A stretch of DNA of 64,000 nt. It comes from Reclinomonas americana ATCC 50394. Its lineage: Eukaryota. Position 1 is the stretch's first letter. The number at the start of each line of letters is the position of its first letter. This document shows positions 59,901 through 64,000 of the stretch, one piece after another. Both the position numbers and the translations under genes were made by a program. Location: assembly GCA_048213135.1 (NCBI GenBank), contig PS015118.1, positions 90,371 to 154,370 of the forward strand, in the 5' to 3' direction. Under the pieces are notes generated by a model. The model did no database searches. It saw only the letters and a program-made list of their open reading frames with translations, and had not been told where the DNA came from.

Positions 59901-62747
59901 GCACTGGCTCACGGCCATGTCTCTGCTGCGGAAGAACGATGTGTTTGGCGCGTTTTTGCATTACGCGCAGCATGGGAGGGAGAGTGCAGTTGCGTCGGAA
60001 GGGGGGGAGAGGAGGAGGGAGGGAAGGGAGAAGAGATGGAAAATGAGGAGAATAGGTTGGAGGAAAGGATTGGGGAACAGGAAGGTTGATGGCTTGGGAA
60101 TGAGGCAACCGATTGTTGACTGCTGATCATATTGTCCGCCAGGTCCCCATTGGATACTCGCTGGCTGCACTGCAGCGCGAGTTTTTCGAGTGGACACACA
60201 GCGCGGGGACGGGTGAAGGAACCTCACTGCAGGAGATGTCTGCCGATGAGTTCCAACGACAGTGGCTGGCGCAGTATGCTGCCGCCGCCACGGCTTCGGC
60301 GGCTGCCGGTGATCAGCTGGAGTCACGTGCTCGTCTGCTTGCGTTTGTGACTGACAGGCAGTTGAATGGCGATGTGAGTGCGCCGCCTTCGGTTGGAGGT
60401 GGACTTGCGTCTGTACGCATGAGTCGCACGGCTCTGACTAGCAGGTGAGTCGAAGAGAGGAGAAGGGGAAAGAAGGAAAAGGGAAGCGAGAGAAGGATGG
60501 AGAGGAGATGGGAAAGGAGAAGGGGAAAGAAGGGTAAGGGAAGATAGAGGTAGAGAGAGACGGAGGAAGAAGAGAGAGAAAAAGTTGGGGAACGAGGGCA
60601 AAGAGTGGATGAAGGATTCGGCGAAGATAAAGGAGGAGAAGGGAAGAGAAGTGAGAAGAGAAGGCAGATAAAGTGAGAGAGGGGGGAAGGGAAAGTGAAG
60701 TGAATGAGAGACCAAAAGGAGGATAGAAAGGAGAAGGGACAGAAAGGAGAAGAGAATGGGGAGAGAAGTGGGGAAGAGAACAGAAGGGAGAAGAGAGGGG
60801 AGGGGGAATGAAGAGAATGAGAGACCAAAAGAGAGAAGAGAACTGGACGAAGGTGAAGGAGGAGAAGGGAAGAAGAGGGATAAGAAGAAAAGGGAAGGGA
60901 AGAGATGAGGGGGGAAGGGAAAGTGAAGAGAATGAGAGGCCATCAAGAGAAAAGAAAGCAGAAGAGACAGAAGGAGAAGAGGCTGGGGAGAAGCGTGGAG
61001 AAGAAAAGGGAACAGAGAGAAGAACGGAGAGGAGAAGAGAAGAAAGAGAGAAATGACAAAAAAAGAGATGAGAGAGAAGGGAAGAAGATGGATGAGAAGA
61101 AAAGGGAAGGGATGAGAAGAGAGAAAAGAGGGGAGGGAAAGTGAAGAGAATGAGAGACCACAGAGAAGAGAAAAAGGAGAAGAGAAAGAAAGGAGAAGAG
61201 AATGGGGAGAGGAGTGGAGAAGGAAGATTGGAGAAAAGAGGATAACAGAGCGACAGAATGAGGAGAAGAGAGTAAAAGGAGAAGTTAACGAAGATGCGAA
61301 GAGAACGGAGAAGAAAGAGAGAGAAACGGAGCCAAAAAGAGAAGAGAGCGAGGAGAAAAGTGAGAATGGATAACAGGAAGAAAGGGAAGAGTGAGAAAGG
61401 GGAAGAGAAGGGAGCGAGGAGAAGAGAGTAAAAGGGAAAGTAAAGGAAGAGGAGGTGAAAACGGAGAAGAAAGAGAGAGAGAAACGGAGACAAAAGGAGA
61501 GGCGAACGATGAGACGACAGACTGATGATAACAGACCGAGAAGAGGAGTGAGAAAGGAGAAGAGGAAGTGGAGAGGAGAAACACAGAGGATAAAAGTTAA
61601 GAAAGGGAGGATAGAAGAACGAGGAAAAGAGAGAGTGGAGAGGAGAACGAAAATGAATATGTGAGTGAGATGGAGGTACAATTCATTGCGGAGGGAAGAG
61701 TGTTTTTTTGGCGTACATCTCATGCGTCTCTCTCTTTCCTCACCCACCCAGTGCCGGCAGCCCCATGTCACCGAGCCCATGGCTCTCCATCATGCCACTC
61801 TCGCCCCACTATGTCGCCGAATTCCAACAAAATGACAATGACGACGGCGACTCGACAGCAATGAAGGTGCGTCCGCTTGCGTTCAATCTTCCATGGCACA
61901 GTCAGCCCGCTAACACACTTGCGCTCAGGCGCCGCTGGTGGTACGAAATGTGGACCTCCATCGCGTGCGAGTGCTTGCTTTGCTGCGACAACAGGACGTG
62001 ATTGGAGCCTGGTTGTACTACATGACGAACATTCGACTGCCGACTGTGTCGGTAGGTCGCTCCGTGAGCATTGTTAGTCAGCAGATTGTTCTGGTGTTGC
62101 TAACTTGCGGTATATCAGGTGACGCAGAGTGCCGGTTCATTTTCACTGGTGGCGTTGCTCCGCGAGTTCATGTCGTGGCGGCGCTCAGCCGTCGCACAGG
62201 CTGACGGTGATGCGGCCGCTGCGACCGTCTCCGAAGAAGACTTTGTGCGCTTGTGGCGTGAGCAGCAACAGCGACAAGTAGACGATGATGACAGAGCTTC
62301 AACATTGGCCTCGTTCTTGACTGCGAATCGCATCGTGGATGACGTGAGCGGTGTGATGAGGTAAGTAACTGCAGTTCGTCATTCTTGCATGCTGTCGTTG
62401 GCTAACAAATTCAATGCACAGAGGGGAAACCGGCGCATCGTCAGTGTCTTCAAGGTCAGTTGTGCCAACTGTTGTCGTTGCTGTTCTATCCATGTGATTA
62501 CTGACCTCTTATTTCCAGCGCTCTTGCCCTCTCGTCGCCGCCTGTTCATGTTGCGCTTCACTCTTGTATCAATGCACTCACCAAGCGGATTCACTCATCG
62601 CTGTTTTGTAATGTGCCTGCAGCGCGCCGAACCGTGGCCATTGGCGCGTGCTGGTGGACCGCAACCGGGTGGTGGTGTCGTTGTTCATGTGGATGGCTCT
62701 CACTTGGCATTGGAGCCTGGTTTCTCGACTCATGTCGATGAGAATGG
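15013..62747 (+). CDS. Giant polycystin-1 (PKD1)-like membrane protein with NHL-propeller/FN3 repeat ectodomain, EGF, IPT-like, REJ, GAIN/GPS and TM regions (3' incomplete)
   Basis: Exon 1 (15013-15118) encodes a signal-like peptide MFLRAPAPAAVCALSAAVLCALLLCVHLTARGAEG and joins exon 2 at 16011 in phase 1. More than 100 short exons follow on the same strand with compatible phases wherever I checked. GPS at ~56215-56403, PKD1-like TM motifs at 57056-59510, last visible exon 62623-62747 ends in a GT donor. It could be two genes only if a gap hides a break. Confidence 0.8.
16011..45751 (+). other. Array of at least 14 split-FN3 + six-blade NHL beta-propeller modules
   Basis: Modules: 16011-18889, 18966-21073, 21154-23369, 23891-24887 (partial), 24961-27372, 27446-29378, 29452-31549, 31664-33727, 33796-35899, 35971-38015, 38094-40061, 40136-41964, 42036-43877, 43952-45751. 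Each complete module reads APTVT..AT..S.TL...VN..G....FE, then six repeats of VSTxAG..G..G..DG.G..ARF..P.G.AVD.....YVAD..N..IR, then ..VS..L..L.P.TTYYFR.......G...FTT. Confidence 0.9.
16393..16750 (+). repeat. Intronic 7-bp tandem repeat (CTCGTCT/CCCGTCT)n
   Basis: Seen directly on both sides of the N-gap. Confidence 0.9.
45752..46307 (+). other. Cys-rich EGF/laminin-EGF-like repeats of the giant gene
   Basis: CQCPAGRYGRRCAGICPSCSNGGTCDDGVQGSGLCRC...CEGGWYDSRCSTACQCQNGGVCSDGVTGNGSCSC. Confidence 0.85.
46374..49203 (+). other. Seven ~125-aa IPT/TIG-like Ig-fold repeats of the giant gene
   Basis: Repeats mostly start ..P..........LTL.G.(N/G)L, contain a central Cys, and end G.(Y/W).VC.(D/N/E): GRWSVCIDV, VYQ|ICVDY, GVYAVCVEW, GQWVICVNL, DTYTVCVDV, GRYVMCFDA, QYVVCVDM. 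Confidence 0.65.
49275..51068 (+). other. Two FN3-like domains of the giant gene
   Basis: CVVTGLLPNTNYTFSV and CTLAGLEAATGYYDFYV match the FN3 L.P.T.Y...V tyrosine-corner motif. Confidence 0.6.
50518..50702 (+). repeat. Intronic (GAGT)n microsatellite
   Basis: Seen directly. Confidence 0.9.
51153..53608 (+). other. REJ-like region of the giant gene (partly on an inverted contig)
   Basis: FNWGCTVDG, LTGGLQYVFEL, NDLPTVGTLEVTPLSGVARSTAFTF..FIDVDLPVTY and FPLAG...VSARDTYGG resemble REJ/PKD1 motifs. Confidence 0.7.
51880..52597 (-). other. Gap-flanked contig carrying REJ exons in reverse orientation
   Basis: Minus-strand exons VSESPVAVG...YSWRAYAK, GSTTELLLG...YVFELW and ISVAVPSVTLNINDLP...DVDLP. 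Entry phase 0 and exit phase 1 match the flanking plus-strand exons. Confidence 0.8.
54594..55807 (-). other. Gap-flanked contig carrying GAIN-region exons in reverse orientation
   Basis: Minus-strand exons including SPYPAPRNTTVLGSPIQRVTLQNAYGQPLAL...FAFEIARQ. Exit phase 0 matches the plus-strand exon at 55870. Confidence 0.75.
56215..56403 (+). other. GPS (GPCR proteolysis site) motif
   Basis: After removing a 63-nt intron (56268-56330): CVYWNETQSAWRSDGCSTYARVASGTRDVVSFVCLCNHMTDF, matching C.(Y/F)W.....W...GC......C.C.H(L/M)T.F. Confidence 0.9.
57056..59510 (+). other. Polycystin-1-type transmembrane segments 1-3
   Basis: TM1 STFVIVVLIQVIYLVQLYIGYKLD. Then NHSWMSTIVCPNADRFRRTQRTTTLWFAVCLALYCNAVF and LLIGVISGVIMAPVVWIVSQIFKR, matching the PKD1-family H.WLS...P....FTR.QR...........NA.F / G..S.....P...........F(R/K) pattern. 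Confidence 0.8.
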
Positions 62748-64000
62748 GTGAGTGTGGAGAGGAGATGGAGAACAAGAAGGAGAAGGGGAAGGAGAAGGAG
62801 GACAAGAAGGAGAAGGAGAAGGAGAAGGAGGAGAAAGGAGGGTAAAAGGAGAAGGAACGAGGTGGAAAAGAAAGAATTTGCGGGGAGGAGGAGGAAAGGA
62901 AGATGGAGTAGAAGAGGAGAAAGAGAACGAGGATGCTAAAGGATTAAGGTGAGAAATGAGTGCAAGGAGACGAAGAGAAGAAAGGAGGCTGAGGAGGCGT
63001 AGGAGGACGAGGGAGGAGGAAGAGAAAGCAAGAGGGAACAGAAGAACATGTAAAGGGCAGGGAAAGAAGATACCGATGAAAATGAAAGGAAGCAGGAGAA
63101 GAAAAAGGAAGACGAGGAAGAGGATGGAGAGGGGAGAAAGAGAACAGGAAGAAGGAAGCAGAAGAACAAGTAAAGGCAGGAGAAATAGAAGACGAAGGTG
63201 CTGGGAACAAGAATGTGGAAGGAGAAGAAAGGCAAGAAGAAAAAAGGCAAGAAGAAGAAGAAGAAGAAGGATTGAGAAGACAGAAGCGGAAGAGCAGATG
63301 CGTGAGAGGAGAAAACGAGAAAGGCATGTAGGAAAAGCAAGGAGGAGAAAGAAAGAATATGGAAACAGATTAGCGACGAAGAGCAGAAGAAGACGAGCGA
63401 GGCGAAAAGGAAGGGAAGAAGAAATAGGGGAGGGGTTANNNNNNNNNNNNNNNNNNNNGAAGGAAGGGTAAGGACAAGGGAGTAGAAGAAGGAAATGAAG
63501 AAGAGGAAAGGAAGGAGGAGCGGTCAAGGGGGAAGAAAAAAAGGAAAAGATACGAGGATGAAGACGAACGCAAATGTGAAAGCGGATGAGGAAGAGGAGA
63601 AAGAAAGGCAAGAAGGAGATGAAGAAAACCGAGAATAATGAAACGGAAGAGCAGATATGTGGGAAGAGAAGACGAGAAAGGCGAAGAAGCAAGGAGAAGA
63701 AAGAAAGAATAAGGAAGCAGATTAGCAATGAAGAGCAGAAGAAGACGAGAGAGACGAAAAGGAAAGGAAGAGGGGAGGGGTTAGAAGGAAGGGTAAGGAC
63801 AAGGGAGTAGAGGAAGGAATTGAAGAAGAGGAAAGGAAGGAGGAGCGAGAAGGGGGAANNNNNNNNNNNNNNNNNNNNGAAAAAGGAAAAACAAGGGTGA
63901 ACACGAAAGCAAATGTGAAAGCGGATGAGAAAGAGGGGGGAAGAAGAAAAACTGAGAAGAAGGAAGCGGAAGAGCAGATATGTGGGAAGAGAATGCGAGA
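58048..64000 (+). repeat. Purine-rich (GA/GAA/GGA) low-complexity introns with internal degenerate direct repeats
   Basis: 58048-59330, 60445-61660 and 62748-64000 are strongly purine-rich. Repeated units include ggagagggagaacaagagaaataac and ggaagggtaaggacaagggagtaga. Confidence 0.85.

Noticed and set aside
56215-62747. Adhesion GPCR (7TM) call
   Set aside because: The post-GPS helices and long loops match polycystin-1 motifs rather than a compact secretin-like 7TM bundle.
58043-63904. Hydrophobic Leu/Ser/Phe-rich minus-strand ORFs resembling membrane proteins
   Set aside because: Reverse complement of purine-rich intronic low-complexity DNA.

Overview
Intron-rich eukaryotic (probably protist) draft-genome scaffold with many N-gaps, microsatellite-expanded introns and mostly short (~55-110 nt) GT-AG introns. 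I read four spliced genes by hand. (1) DUS2-type tRNA-dihydrouridine synthase (- strand, 3' end not located). (2) A divergent arginyl-tRNA-synthetase-like gene with a His-rich N-terminus and altered catalytic motifs (+). (3) A complete fold-type-III PLP D-serine dehydratase-like gene (-). (4) A single giant gene of more than 47 kb (+, 15013 to beyond the last exon at 62747) encoding a polycystin-1 (PKD1)-like membrane protein, roughly 8,000+ aa by estimate. Its order is: signal peptide, at least 14 tandem modules each consisting of an FN3-like domain split by an inserted six-bladed NHL beta-propeller, EGF-like repeats, seven IPT/Ig-like repeats, FN3-like domains, REJ, GAIN/GPS (HM|T), PKD1-type TM helices without a PLAT domain, and a duplicated unfamiliar cytoplasmic domain. 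The most striking observations are this receptor architecture and a very common second class of 5' splice site, GTT(G/T)CGT, which lacks +5G and looks like the usual GTGCGT donor shifted by one nucleotide. Two gap-flanked contigs inside the giant gene are inverted, most likely a scaffolding error. No RNA genes, CRISPR arrays or recognisable transposons were seen. All domain calls are by motif recognition, not database search.
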